The position numbers and the translations under genes are program-made. DNA of 64,000 bases from an uncultured Candidatus Sumerlaeota bacterium. Lineage in GTDB: Bacteria; CAYMEV01. Each line of letters starts with the position of its first letter. Within the stretch, counting starts at the first letter, position 1. The stretch is from NCBI GenBank assembly GCA_964389675.1, contig CAYMEV010000007.1, positions 62,001 through 126,000 of the forward strand, read 5' to 3'. Under the pieces are notes generated by a model. It was not told the DNA's origin and did no database searches. It saw nothing but the letters and a program-made list of their open reading frames with translations. Shown here in pieces: positions 37,570 to 46,978 of this stretch.

Positions 37570-37845
37570 ATGTCCGGCAGGCTTCAGGGTAGCTTTTATA
37601 AAATTGCATCTGACATATCAAAGGGTTTTCTCCTGATCAATATACAGCAGCTTAAAAAACTGCCTCCTTCCTCAATAAAATCACTTCATTTTGAACTTCA
37701 AAAGGAGATGAATTCTGTCAGGGGAACTGTTATCAGCCCTGAAAACGAAGAGCTTATGAGGGAAAAGAACCTTAAAATCAGCAGGCTTGTGAGTGCGATG
37801 AGGCTAATTGACGTTTACTGCAGGCAGAACAAAATTAAAAGATAG
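37570..37845 (+). CDS. Small hypothetical protein (91 aa)
   Basis: ORF fills the gap 5 nt after the M23 gene; helical, basic composition. Confidence 0.55.
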   Translation: MSGRLQGSFYKIASDISKGFLLINIQQLKKLPPSSIKSLHFELQKEMNSVRGTVISPENEELMREKNLKISRLVSAMRLIDVYCRQNKIKR

Positions 37846-37852
37846 ATTTTAC

Positions 37853-37880
37853 TTGACAATTTTCGGATTATCATTTAAAT
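37853..37880 (+). promoter_or_regulatory. Putative sigma70 promoter of the tRNA gene
   Basis: TTGACA at 37853 followed 16 nt later by TTAAAT. Confidence 0.4.
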
Positions 37881-37894
37881 AATAGAAAATCAAT

Positions 37895-37968
37895 TGCGGG
37901 GTGGGGCAGTATGGTAGCCCGTTGGGCTCATAACCCAAAGGTCGCTGGTTCAAATCCAGCCCCCGCGA
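37895..37968 (+). tRNA. tRNA-Met (CAT), initiator (fMet) type; CCA not encoded
   Basis: Cloverleaf: acceptor TGCGGGG/CCCCGCG; D-stem GGGC/GCCC; anticodon arm TTGGG-CTCATAA-CCCAA with three G-C pairs; T-arm GCTGG-TTCAAAT-CCAGC. Confidence 0.95.
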
Positions 37969-37977
37969 TTCCCAAAT

Positions 37978-39396
37978 TCACCCCCTGACAAGTCCGCTGT
38001 AAATTGATTCAAGTTCCAAGACCAATTTTTTATAGGAATTATCTTCTGACATTGCTCTTTTTATGATCTGGTTCCAGTGTCCCCTGTCTCTGAAATCCTT
38101 TATTGATTTAATGATTGTGGAGAATAATGCATCAGAACTGTATTCAGTCAGGAGGTATCCATTTCCTTCATTCTGCGAGGACTGAATATCAGTTATGTGG
38201 TTCAGGAAATAGTAAGCATTGTTTACAACAGGTATGGAACCGTATGCGAGAGATTTAATGTGATTGGTGGTTGCTTTTGATTTATGAGGAGTAAGGATGA
38301 AAATATCAGAAGAGGCATATAACTGATGCTGAAGCCTTATATCAAGTCCATAGTGTATATACAGGTTATCATTTTTGGGAGAAGATAATGCAGACAGCTT
38401 TCGAAACATATATTGGTCCTCAATGGCGCATATTACGCATTGAACCGGGTGCACCAGCAGTCTGTTCAGCACACTCTGCAAAAGGTCAATATAATCATTA
38501 TCAAAAAAATCAATGATTATTCCGATCATTGGAATATTATCATTTACTTCAAATTTATGAAGCCTTTGAAACATCCGCTTGTTCAGTCTTTTTTTCCCCA
38601 GGGAATTTCTGTCAAATTTTCTGTATATGTAAGAATCTGATGAAGGTTTCCACTTTCTTGCATTAATACCGTCATTGATGGCTTTCATCTTATTATGATT
38701 ATCATGAAAGAATCTGCCCAGTAATGATGGCTCGTTATTGTTCAGGATATTCTTAAGAGTTGCCTTGCTGTTAAGAAGAATGATATCCGAAAAAATCGTA
38801 GCCCCCTTCAGCAGGTTTATATGACCATAGTATTCAAGATAATCAATATTATAAAGCTCTGTCGGCAGTCCAAGGAATGTCAACCATTGACGGTCGAGGA
38901 TAAGCTGTTTGTCTATATTATCAACAGCGTGAACCAGGGGAGTATCATAGTCATTTGCATTTAACCTGTAAAACATTGGGAAAAGATAGGTTGACCATCC
39001 GATAGAATGAACAGCATCATATTTCCTTTTGCTTTTTATTATAAATCTTGCTGATGCAATCGAGAATAAAATACCATCACGGATTTTTTCCTCAATCATA
39101 AGTTCAGGGTTTAACATGCGGTCATTAATCTCAAGACAGTATACAGAGGCAATTCTGCCTCTGCTTTTTAACCTGTATACCTTGAAGCTTACTGTCTGAC
39201 CGCCTATTGAAAATTCATCGGCTGATTCAGCCTGCTGCCCTCTTATATGCTTCTCTGAAATATTCTTTAGAGGCAGAATGACATCAATTATATTCTTTCG
39301 GGATAAATGTGAAATAATATTTTTGAGCTTGGAACCTATAGGATTCTTTGAATATGAATAGTGCTCGAGAAATGGAGAAATATAGAGAATATTCAT
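37978..39396 (-). CDS. Glycogen synthase (GT5)-like protein, predicted catalytically inactive
   Basis: Retains LEYYGHINLLKGA, DGIN..KW.P..D and YG.IPVV scaffold motifs; lacks KxGGL, the R..QKG pair and the EPCG glutamate. Confidence 0.75.
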   Translation of the reverse strand: MNILYISPFLEHYSYSKNPIGSKLKNIISHLSRKNIIDVILPLKNISEKHIRGQQAESADEFSIGGQTVSFKVYRLKSRGRIASVYCLEINDRMLNPELMIEEKIRDGILFSIASARFIIKSKRKYDAVHSIGWSTYLFPMFYRLNANDYDTPLVHAVDNIDKQLILDRQWLTFLGLPTELYNIDYLEYYGHINLLKGATIFSDIILLNSKATLKNILNNNEPSLLGRFFHDNHNKMKAINDGINARKWKPSSDSYIYRKFDRNSLGKKRLNKRMFQRLHKFEVNDNIPMIGIIIDFFDNDYIDLLQSVLNRLLVHPVQCVICAIEDQYMFRKLSALSSPKNDNLYIHYGLDIRLQHQLYASSDIFILTPHKSKATTNHIKSLAYGSIPVVNNAYYFLNHITDIQSSQNEGNGYLLTEYSSDALFSTIIKSIKDFRDRGHWNQIIKRAMSEDNSYKKLVLELESIYSGLVRG

Positions 39397-39417
39397 TCCA
39401 ATTTATCTTTTCTGAAG

Positions 39418-41526
39418 CTAAACATACCAAAAATCAGCATAATCAATGAAAGTAGGGATCTTAATCTTATAAAATCCATCGATCGGGTAATTTTCTATGC
39501 TTGAACCGGAAGAGGATTCCAGTACAGAGAATCTGAAGGTGAAGAATTCCTGGTTCAGCTTTATTGGCAGTGATATTTCAAGAATATCATCGTATGCAAA
39601 TGATATATCGTTCTTTGATCCTGAGCTGATCACTGCCCGGTTTTTTTCAAATTCAAGCTCAAACTCCTTATTGTCCTCCATAGCCAGTTTTATCCTCAGG
39701 TTATTGATTTCCTGACGAAAATCATCGCTGAATATTATCATTAAAAAGGCTTTGCTTTTGTTAAAGCCATAAAAGATCTTATTAATCATTATATTACGCT
39801 GATGCAAAGAGCCAAGCCCAAAATCATCACTCACATTAATAAATCCTGCATTTAGCCATTCGTAGAAATTTGTAATTTTTCCATCAATTGTCGGATTGAG
39901 CAGAATCTTCGGCTGATGGTAAAGCCTGTATTGGGAGCGGCTTTTTATGCTTTTGTTGAGGATGGGGGGCGGTAGAATATTCATTTCTTCATAGCATTTC
40001 TGCAGGTTCCTTCTAAAAAGCCTGTCAAAAATTTCAGAATAGCTGGATACATGTTGATCTCCGTACCACCAGAACCAGTCGCTGCCCTCTGCAATCAGCA
40101 TATTAGAGTATCCCGCTTTTCCCGGCTTCATTTTTTCTCTTGCCTCCCGTAGAAGAGACCAGGCTTTGTTCTCTTCCGGGTTTCCTATCCATATATCGAA
40201 ATTGTCATTAATCCAGGAGCCTGGGTTAATGCTGTATATTTTATAATTATCATTCTGAAAGCTGTTCAGGTAGTTGCTGAATGTTGTTGTCTTAATCTTC
40301 TTTTCCTTTGAAAGCCTCTGGTATAGTTCATTCAGGAAAAAATACCCGTTATTTTTATAATACTCCCAGCAGTTTTCTCCATCAAGGATGATAGGTATTA
40401 TGGGGTTTTGCGTTCTTGCAAGAGATGAGACCTTCTTTATATGTGATATAATATCATCCACTGCAGATGTTGAATTCCAGCTGCTGTAGACAAAACCAAT
40501 CTTATCGGATAGATAATGATTTCTAAAAAAGATATTAGTTTTTTCACCGCCAGGGGATTTATATGAGTAAGGAATAAAATACTTGTTCTCCTCATTATAT
40601 TTTGATTTATAGAGATTTCCCTCATCAGTTGCCAGCCAGCTAATCTTCTTTTCTGCAAATAAATTGAGTGCTTCATTTGACAGGGACCCCTCAGAAGGCC
40701 AGAAACCTTGTATCTCCCTGCCGAAAGTTTCTGACAGGTGTTCTTTGGCCTTTGCTATCTGGTATTCCGCATCTTCAGGGTACCGAAAAGGCATTGGAGG
40801 CAATGGTTTGCCAGAGGATGCGCTTCCGGAATTCGTATCTATTATAAGGGGCAGGATAGGATGATAGTAGGGAGATGCTGAGATCTCGATCCTGTCCTTT
40901 TCAAAAGACTGCCTGTATATGTCAATGATGGAATCAATAATGTCAAACTGGATGGAAATTATATATGATTTGTCTTCTTCTGTATACAATTTCTCTTTTT
41001 TGATGAGGTCAATTAAATCCTGATTGGTCTTTTTAATATGTTCTCCAAACCAGCTTATAAGGTGAAGGGTCTGAATATCCCTTATCTCCTGCTCAGAAAA
41101 TGCTTTTGTAATATAAGCTGAATCCTTTGTCTTTTTGGTGATTTTAAGTGCTTTGTGATACAGCTTATTATAATAAGGTATCGAAGAAATCATCTGCTCA
41201 GGATTTCCAAGAAAAAAATTATTTATAATAAAAAGCCTCTCAGCCTGATTCATTTCAGAAGGATTTTTAATTGTCAGCTGAAGCCATTTTTCATCTGTAT
41301 TATGCTTATTCTCTGAATAAACCCGTATCTGGTCAATAAGGGAAGGTACAAAATTATAGTTTATATAAAGGTCATCATAGCTGTTAGATAACATTATCAT
41401 CTCATAATAATCTTTAACAGCATGCAGTCTTACAAAAGGAAGCAGAATTTCCCTGTCAAACGGATCAGAATATATAGGCTGGTGCATATGCCAGAGAAAA
41501 GCTACATGGATATTTTCAATGCTCAC
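39418..41526 (-). CDS. Glycoside hydrolase family 57 (amylopullulanase/alpha-amylase-like)
   Basis: WHMHQP, PYYHPILP, WPSEG (nucleophile), ILDGEN (acid/base) and AEGSDWFWW motifs; GTG start. Confidence 0.92.
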   Translation of the reverse strand: MSIENIHVAFLWHMHQPIYSDPFDREILLPFVRLHAVKDYYEMIMLSNSYDDLYINYNFVPSLIDQIRVYSENKHNTDEKWLQLTIKNPSEMNQAERLFIINNFFLGNPEQMISSIPYYNKLYHKALKITKKTKDSAYITKAFSEQEIRDIQTLHLISWFGEHIKKTNQDLIDLIKKEKLYTEEDKSYIISIQFDIIDSIIDIYRQSFEKDRIEISASPYYHPILPLIIDTNSGSASSGKPLPPMPFRYPEDAEYQIAKAKEHLSETFGREIQGFWPSEGSLSNEALNLFAEKKISWLATDEGNLYKSKYNEENKYFIPYSYKSPGGEKTNIFFRNHYLSDKIGFVYSSWNSTSAVDDIISHIKKVSSLARTQNPIIPIILDGENCWEYYKNNGYFFLNELYQRLSKEKKIKTTTFSNYLNSFQNDNYKIYSINPGSWINDNFDIWIGNPEENKAWSLLREAREKMKPGKAGYSNMLIAEGSDWFWWYGDQHVSSYSEIFDRLFRRNLQKCYEEMNILPPPILNKSIKSRSQYRLYHQPKILLNPTIDGKITNFYEWLNAGFINVSDDFGLGSLHQRNIMINKIFYGFNKSKAFLMIIFSDDFRQEINNLRIKLAMEDNKEFELEFEKNRAVISSGSKNDISFAYDDILEISLPIKLNQEFFTFRFSVLESSSGSSIENYPIDGFYKIKIPTFIDYADFWYV

Positions 41527-41664
41527 CTGGATGAAACCTCTCTGATTTAATCTGTTTCATGGTAATTAATATAATATCTTTCAGCTGTTTGTAAAGAAAA
41601 GAATATTAATGGTATGATTGCTAAATGAGATATTCAGGTGCAGTATAGAATAAGAAATTATTGC

Positions 41665-41692
41665 TTGCAAATAACAAAAAAAAGAATATAAT
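41665..41692 (+). promoter_or_regulatory. Putative sigma70 promoter upstream of the pspA-like gene
   Basis: TTGCAA-16 nt-TATAAT; AAGGAGG RBS downstream. Confidence 0.45.
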
Positions 41693-41738
41693 TCTTTAGC
41701 TGATTATAAAATATAATTTCCAAGGAGGACATATAAAT

Positions 41739-42509
41739 ATGTTTAAAAGGCTTATAAATATAATTAGGTCTTTCTTTAACAATCTGCTTACCGGAGCAGA
41801 AAAAAAGGTTACGATATCAAGTATGGAACTGGCTTTAAGGGAAATTCATTCCAATTTGGGCAAATATAAAGAGTCTGTTGCAAAGGCAATAGCATATGAG
41901 AAAAAAGCAGAAAGAAAATATCAAGAAGAGAAACAGAGATATGAACGGCTCACCCAGCAGGCCCTGACAGCTGCAAAGCAGAGTCTTGAAGCTAAAACCG
42001 AGAAAGAGCGTATAGAAAATGAAAACCTGGCAAAAAGGGCTCTTCAGTTAAGAAAAGAGTGCGAGAAAAGGGTTGAACTGTTTAATAATGCGTATTTCCA
42101 GGCAAAAAATCAGTCTGAGGAGGCCAAAACTCTTTTTGAGAACAGTGCAAAGCAGGTAGAAGAAAAGGCAAGGCAGCTTAAGCATGCCAAGGTCCTGGAT
42201 GAACTCAATAAATCAAAGAGGGAAGTCTCTGAAATATCCAGCAAACTTGATATTGACTCTGCCATGAGCGTTTTTGATAAAGGCATGGAAAGGGTACTTG
42301 ATGAAAGCGAAACATTGAAGGCCTTTGATGACCTTGCATTATCTGAAGGGGACAAATTAGATGAAAAACTGGAGCAGCTTACAAAAAGGGATGAAATATC
42401 AAGCGAATTTGATGAACTTATAAAGCAGGTCTCTGGAAAAAGCCCAGCCAAAGAGGATATCACAGAGAAAGAAAAAGTACCTCAGGAACTCGACCCTACA
42501 AAAGAATAA
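41739..42509 (+). CDS. PspA/IM30 (Vipp1/LiaH) family protein
   Basis: Amphipathic N-terminus MFKRLINIIRS; A..A....E.LAKRAL motif; long coiled coil. Confidence 0.8.
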   Translation: MFKRLINIIRSFFNNLLTGAEKKVTISSMELALREIHSNLGKYKESVAKAIAYEKKAERKYQEEKQRYERLTQQALTAAKQSLEAKTEKERIENENLAKRALQLRKECEKRVELFNNAYFQAKNQSEEAKTLFENSAKQVEEKARQLKHAKVLDELNKSKREVSEISSKLDIDSAMSVFDKGMERVLDESETLKAFDDLALSEGDKLDEKLEQLTKRDEISSEFDELIKQVSGKSPAKEDITEKEKVPQELDPTKE

Positions 42510-42515
42510 TATAAT

Positions 42516-43910
42516 TTGATAAACAATCAGCTTATAAAAGATAATGTATCTTTTCCAAATTTTATTAATATTCTTCTTTATGTGCTCGGTGATGAGATAA
42601 TATTTTTTACTAAATACCGCAGGCTTCTTTCAGCAAAAGACCTCATAAAACGATATAGAAATGATTTCCTTTCATCCTACAGCAAGGATGCTGTCCATAA
42701 TATCCTTTATGCAGTTACTGCATTTTTTGAATATATGAGAGTATTTAAATCAAATGTGATAATATATAGAAATGCTGAAAAAGTAATAAACTCCACAAGC
42801 TGCGAATTTTTTGATATATTGCTGGGAATGTACAAATCTGGATTTATTTATAATACTGTAGAAGTGCCAAAAGGCATATCTGTCAGACGTTACGGTCTGA
42901 AAGCAGACAGCAGTTCTTACCGGACACATCTCGTGGAATACCTGCTTGAGAAACAGCATCGAAAATTTTCAAGCCTTTCAAAGGCAATAGAATATATATC
43001 ATGTAGACCCGACAATATCATCTTCAGCAGAGAATATAAAGATTCATGGAATATTACTGTAAATAAGAAGAGATCTGCCATAACAGATGAACTGATAGAT
43101 AAAATCGAATCATATAATATCCTGAATGAGCTAAACAGGCTTTTTTTTGCCCTGGGCATTATTGAGATAGAAAAAGGGAATTTTAAGGTCAGTGATGATA
43201 TTTCAGATATCCTGCAGGAAAAAAGCAGCAGGGGAAAACCGTCAAAGGAAGCTTTGGCGGTAATAAACAATGATCTTGAAATTGTTTTCAGCCAGGGTAC
43301 TTCTAATCTGTATAAATTCTATATATTTTCAGTATCAGATCTTATAAACCTTGACAGGCTAATAACAGCAAGAATAGATAAGCACAAGTATATTTCTGCC
43401 CATAAATATGGCCTTATAGGAAGGGATTCTCCAATAAGCACATGTACATCACTGTCTCTTAAAGACATCCTTAAAAGACTATGCTCCGCATTTCCTGATG
43501 TTTTTCACCGCCTGTTCATGGATTGGGATATGGCCATAGAGAATCTTCAGATCTACAATGGCGTGCTTTTATTTTCAAAATCCAGCCTGCTTCTGGATAG
43601 AATATTCCTTATAAAGGGCATAGACAGGACAGAAATAAAAAAGCTGAACAGCAATAGTGCATTTGTCCCAGCAACGCATCTTTTCAGGTTTAAGCAGAAG
43701 CTGGAGAAGAATGACATCAATTTTATCGAGAAGATCAGCCAGGTGATTGATGAGAAGGATAATAATATAAACCTTAATAAGAATGAAATGCTATCGCTTA
43801 TTGAGCTATTCTCCAGTATTGATAAAGATGATATTGAAAATGCAAAAATCTACTTCTATAATCTAAAAAGAATCTTTAAACTTATAAGGGAAGCGTATGA
43901 AAACCAGTAG
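42516..43910 (+). CDS. Hypothetical protein with XPB/Ssl2 helicase-associated (Helicase_C_3-like) domain
   Basis: VINNDLEIV...YIFSVSDL..LD...ARID...AHKYG...PDVFHRLFMDW pattern; no helicase motifs. Confidence 0.5.
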   Translation: MINNQLIKDNVSFPNFINILLYVLGDEIIFFTKYRRLLSAKDLIKRYRNDFLSSYSKDAVHNILYAVTAFFEYMRVFKSNVIIYRNAEKVINSTSCEFFDILLGMYKSGFIYNTVEVPKGISVRRYGLKADSSSYRTHLVEYLLEKQHRKFSSLSKAIEYISCRPDNIIFSREYKDSWNITVNKKRSAITDELIDKIESYNILNELNRLFFALGIIEIEKGNFKVSDDISDILQEKSSRGKPSKEALAVINNDLEIVFSQGTSNLYKFYIFSVSDLINLDRLITARIDKHKYISAHKYGLIGRDSPISTCTSLSLKDILKRLCSAFPDVFHRLFMDWDMAIENLQIYNGVLLFSKSSLLLDRIFLIKGIDRTEIKKLNSNSAFVPATHLFRFKQKLEKNDINFIEKISQVIDEKDNNINLNKNEMLSLIELFSSIDKDDIENAKIYFYNLKRIFKLIREAYENQ

Positions 43911-44808
43911 GAAAAGCGGGTTTATTGCAGTAATAGGTTTGCCGAATGTCGGGAAATCAACCCTTATTAATGCAATAATTGATAAAAAGGTGTCTATTAT
44001 AAGCCGGGTTCCCCAGACAACAAGGAATCTGATCAGGGGTATCTATACTACTCGGGATTCTCAGGCAGTATTCGTAGATACACCCGGTTATCATATTCAG
44101 AAATACAGGTATAATAAAGCACTCAATAAAATGATAACCAGCCTTATATCTGATGTTGATGCTGTATTATATATGGTTACTTCTGCAGATTGCGAAAACC
44201 TGAAAATTATAAAAATCCTGAAAGACCGCGATAATGAAAAAATACCTGTTATTCTTGCTGTGAACAAAACAGATATAATAAGAGCAGGAGCTGATGATAT
44301 AATTGCTTATTACAGGGAGCTGTACAGCTTCCATGATTTTGTTAAAATCTCAGCATTAAGGAAAAAGGGGCTTGATCAGCTTCATAAAAGCATTATAGGG
44401 GTTCTTCCTGCTGGCCCTTTTTATTACCCGTCAGAGCAAAAGACGGACAGGGATGAATATTTCATGTTCTCTGAAATAGTAAGGGAAAAGCTCTTTTATT
44501 CCCTCAAGCAGGAGATGCCTCATAAAATTATGGTTTCAACCGATTCAATAAGCTATGATAATGAAAAAAACATGTATTTCATGCATTTTATCATATGGGT
44601 TGAAAAGGAGAATGAAAAAGGCATTCTTATAGGCAAGGGAGGCAGTTTCCTGAAAAATATAGGGATTAAGTCCAGGATAGAAATAGAATCAATACTATCA
44701 AGCAAAGTCTTCCTTTCTTTGGGAGTAAAGGTAAAGCCCAGATGGAGGAATGATGTTCAGTTTTTTAATAATACATTAAATTATGAAAAGGATATTTTAT
44801 TGACATGA
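43897..44808 (+). CDS. era: GTPase Era
   Basis: GLPNVGKST, PQTTR, DTPG and NKTD motifs; KH domain with ILIGKGG. Confidence 0.95.
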   Translation: MKTSRKSGFIAVIGLPNVGKSTLINAIIDKKVSIISRVPQTTRNLIRGIYTTRDSQAVFVDTPGYHIQKYRYNKALNKMITSLISDVDAVLYMVTSADCENLKIIKILKDRDNEKIPVILAVNKTDIIRAGADDIIAYYRELYSFHDFVKISALRKKGLDQLHKSIIGVLPAGPFYYPSEQKTDRDEYFMFSEIVREKLFYSLKQEMPHKIMVSTDSISYDNEKNMYFMHFIIWVEKENEKGILIGKGGSFLKNIGIKSRIEIESILSSKVFLSLGVKVKPRWRNDVQFFNNTLNYEKDILLT

Positions 44809-44863
44809 TATTATTAGCAATTAAAATTGCGACAATAAAGTCTGGTTGAGGAAGGATATATTT

Positions 44864-46081
44864 ATGGCATACAGGACTTCCAAAAAGAAAAGACCTCCAA
44901 GGAAAAAGGTTGCATTAAAATTAAAAACGGCTGAAGAACTGGGATTTAAAAAGGAAATAAAGGAACAGATAGATTTATTTTTAGAAAGCTGTATTAATAA
45001 ATCGATTTTCCCATGCGCTGCATACAGTGTAGGGGGAAGAGGCGGGATAGTTGCAGAGGGTTTTATGGGCAACAGGGAAATTTATCCCGATAAAGTGCCC
45101 CTGCAGGAAAATGACCTGTTTGACCTTGCATCGGTAACAAAATTCGTTATTACCGCTGTTTCCATAATGATATTAATGGAAAGAGGGAGGCTCAGACTGG
45201 ATAATCCTGTTAACAAATTTCTGCCTGAATTTTCTGGTAAGTTGAAAAGCAAGGTTACTATTCAGAATCTCCTGACGCATACATCCGGTCTTCCCGGATG
45301 GTACCCCTTATATATCTTTGAAAAATCGCATGATAAAATGGTTAAGAAGATCTATTCCCTCGATCTTGACTTTACGCCCAACAGCGATCAGCAGTATTCA
45401 TGCCTCGGTTTTATTCTTCTGGGCGAGATAGTAAAAATAATTACTGAAAAAAAGCTTGATGATTTTTCCAAGAAGAATATTCTCGAGCCATTAAACATGA
45501 ATTTCAGCACATTCAATCCCAAATTGGCTGTTCCGTCCATGCCAACAGTACCAACAGAATATGGCAACAATCATGAAAAGGAGATGGCTTCAGCTTTCCC
45601 TGAGAGCAGCGAATATAAGGAATTCCGAAAAGAGCTTATAAATGGTGAAGTTCATGATCATAACTGCTTTTGTCTCGACGGCTACAGCGGTAACAGCGGA
45701 TTATTCAGCACGCCAAGGGATCTGGCATATTTTTCAGAAATGATGCTTAATGAGGGGATATATGCTGGAAAGAGATATATAAGCCCTATTGTTGTAAGGC
45801 TGATGAAAGAGAACATGACCCCTAAGTTCCCTCAATCATGGGGTTTAGGCATAATGCTTGGTGAAACTATGAATGCCCTCAGAGGCAAGCTGAACAGAAG
45901 CTCCTTCGGGCATACAGGCTTTACTGGTACAAGTATCTGGATTGATGATAAAAATGACATTTATTGTGTTTTCCTTACTAACAGAATCCACCCTAAGGTT
46001 GATACATCTGTTGATTTTAATGAGGTTAGAGGCGAATTCCATTCAATAATATATGATAATATAGCAACTAAAAGGATATAG
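44864..46081 (+). CDS. Serine hydrolase, beta-lactamase class C/AmiE-like family
   Basis: SVTK (SxxK), LLTHTSG, YSC, GEVHD and HTGFTG motifs; no signal peptide. Confidence 0.85.
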   Translation: MAYRTSKKKRPPRKKVALKLKTAEELGFKKEIKEQIDLFLESCINKSIFPCAAYSVGGRGGIVAEGFMGNREIYPDKVPLQENDLFDLASVTKFVITAVSIMILMERGRLRLDNPVNKFLPEFSGKLKSKVTIQNLLTHTSGLPGWYPLYIFEKSHDKMVKKIYSLDLDFTPNSDQQYSCLGFILLGEIVKIITEKKLDDFSKKNILEPLNMNFSTFNPKLAVPSMPTVPTEYGNNHEKEMASAFPESSEYKEFRKELINGEVHDHNCFCLDGYSGNSGLFSTPRDLAYFSEMMLNEGIYAGKRYISPIVVRLMKENMTPKFPQSWGLGIMLGETMNALRGKLNRSSFGHTGFTGTSIWIDDKNDIYCVFLTNRIHPKVDTSVDFNEVRGEFHSIIYDNIATKRI

Positions 46082-46090
46082 GTAATCAAA

Positions 46091-46858
46091 TTGGATATTA
46101 AAACTTATGGGATATCTGATATAGGATTAGTCAGGCAGATTAATGAGGATTACTATATAATTAATGAAAATTACGGTCTTTTTCTTGTTGCTGACGGAAT
46201 GGGAGGTCATAAAGCGGGCGATATTGCAAGCAAGCTTGCATCCACTACAATTGAAGAGTTTATTTCTGCTGTCCTGGATGGTGAAGATATAACATGGCCA
46301 TATGATTATGACGATACAAAATCATACCTGAGCAATGTTCTGCAGGTTGCGGTCAAACTTGCAAATAGAAGGATATTATCAATAATCAAATCTGACAGTT
46401 CTATAGAGAGAATGGGCACTACCGTTGTCGCACTATTGCTGGACAGGGAAAACAGGAAGGCACATATTGCAAATGTCGGTGACAGCCGGCTATATCTCAT
46501 CAGGAACAGCTTGATTGAACAGATATCAGATGACCATTCCTTTACAAATGAGCAGGTCAAAAGCGGTAAAATGAATAAGGAAGAAGCCAGGCTGAGCCCA
46601 TATAAGAACATAATTACAAGAGCAATTGGCATATATGAGGAGCTCCAGGTAGATACATTTGATATTGCATTAAAGCCTGATGATTTATTTATTCTGGCCA
46701 CCGATGGATTGACTAATATGGTAACCGACAGTGAAATTCTCGATATATCAATTAATAATCCCGATGATCTTTCCAAATTGGGCGAACAGCTGCTTATACT
46801 TGCAAAAAGACGCGGAGGCGATGATAATATCACCTCAATAATAATTAAAACAATTTAA
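46091..46858 (+). CDS. PP2C-type Ser/Thr protein phosphatase (Stp1/PrpC family)
   Basis: RQINED, VADGMGGH, NVGDSR, ATDG and GGDDN motifs; TTG start. Confidence 0.92.
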   Translation: MDIKTYGISDIGLVRQINEDYYIINENYGLFLVADGMGGHKAGDIASKLASTTIEEFISAVLDGEDITWPYDYDDTKSYLSNVLQVAVKLANRRILSIIKSDSSIERMGTTVVALLLDRENRKAHIANVGDSRLYLIRNSLIEQISDDHSFTNEQVKSGKMNKEEARLSPYKNIITRAIGIYEELQVDTFDIALKPDDLFILATDGLTNMVTDSEILDISINNPDDLSKLGEQLLILAKRRGGDDNITSIIIKTI

Positions 46859-46978
46859 GGACCTGATACGAATATATAATCAGGTATGGTTTGACAAATA
46901 ATCCCACAGCAATATCTTTTAATAATAAAAGAAAATGGATTTAATATCATAAATATCTAAAAAAGGGAGGCAGGTGTT

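Noticed and set aside
37895-37990. tRNA as the integration site of a genomic island
   Set aside because: No integrase was found, no duplicated tRNA 3' end was noticed, and the flanking genes are metabolic or housekeeping.
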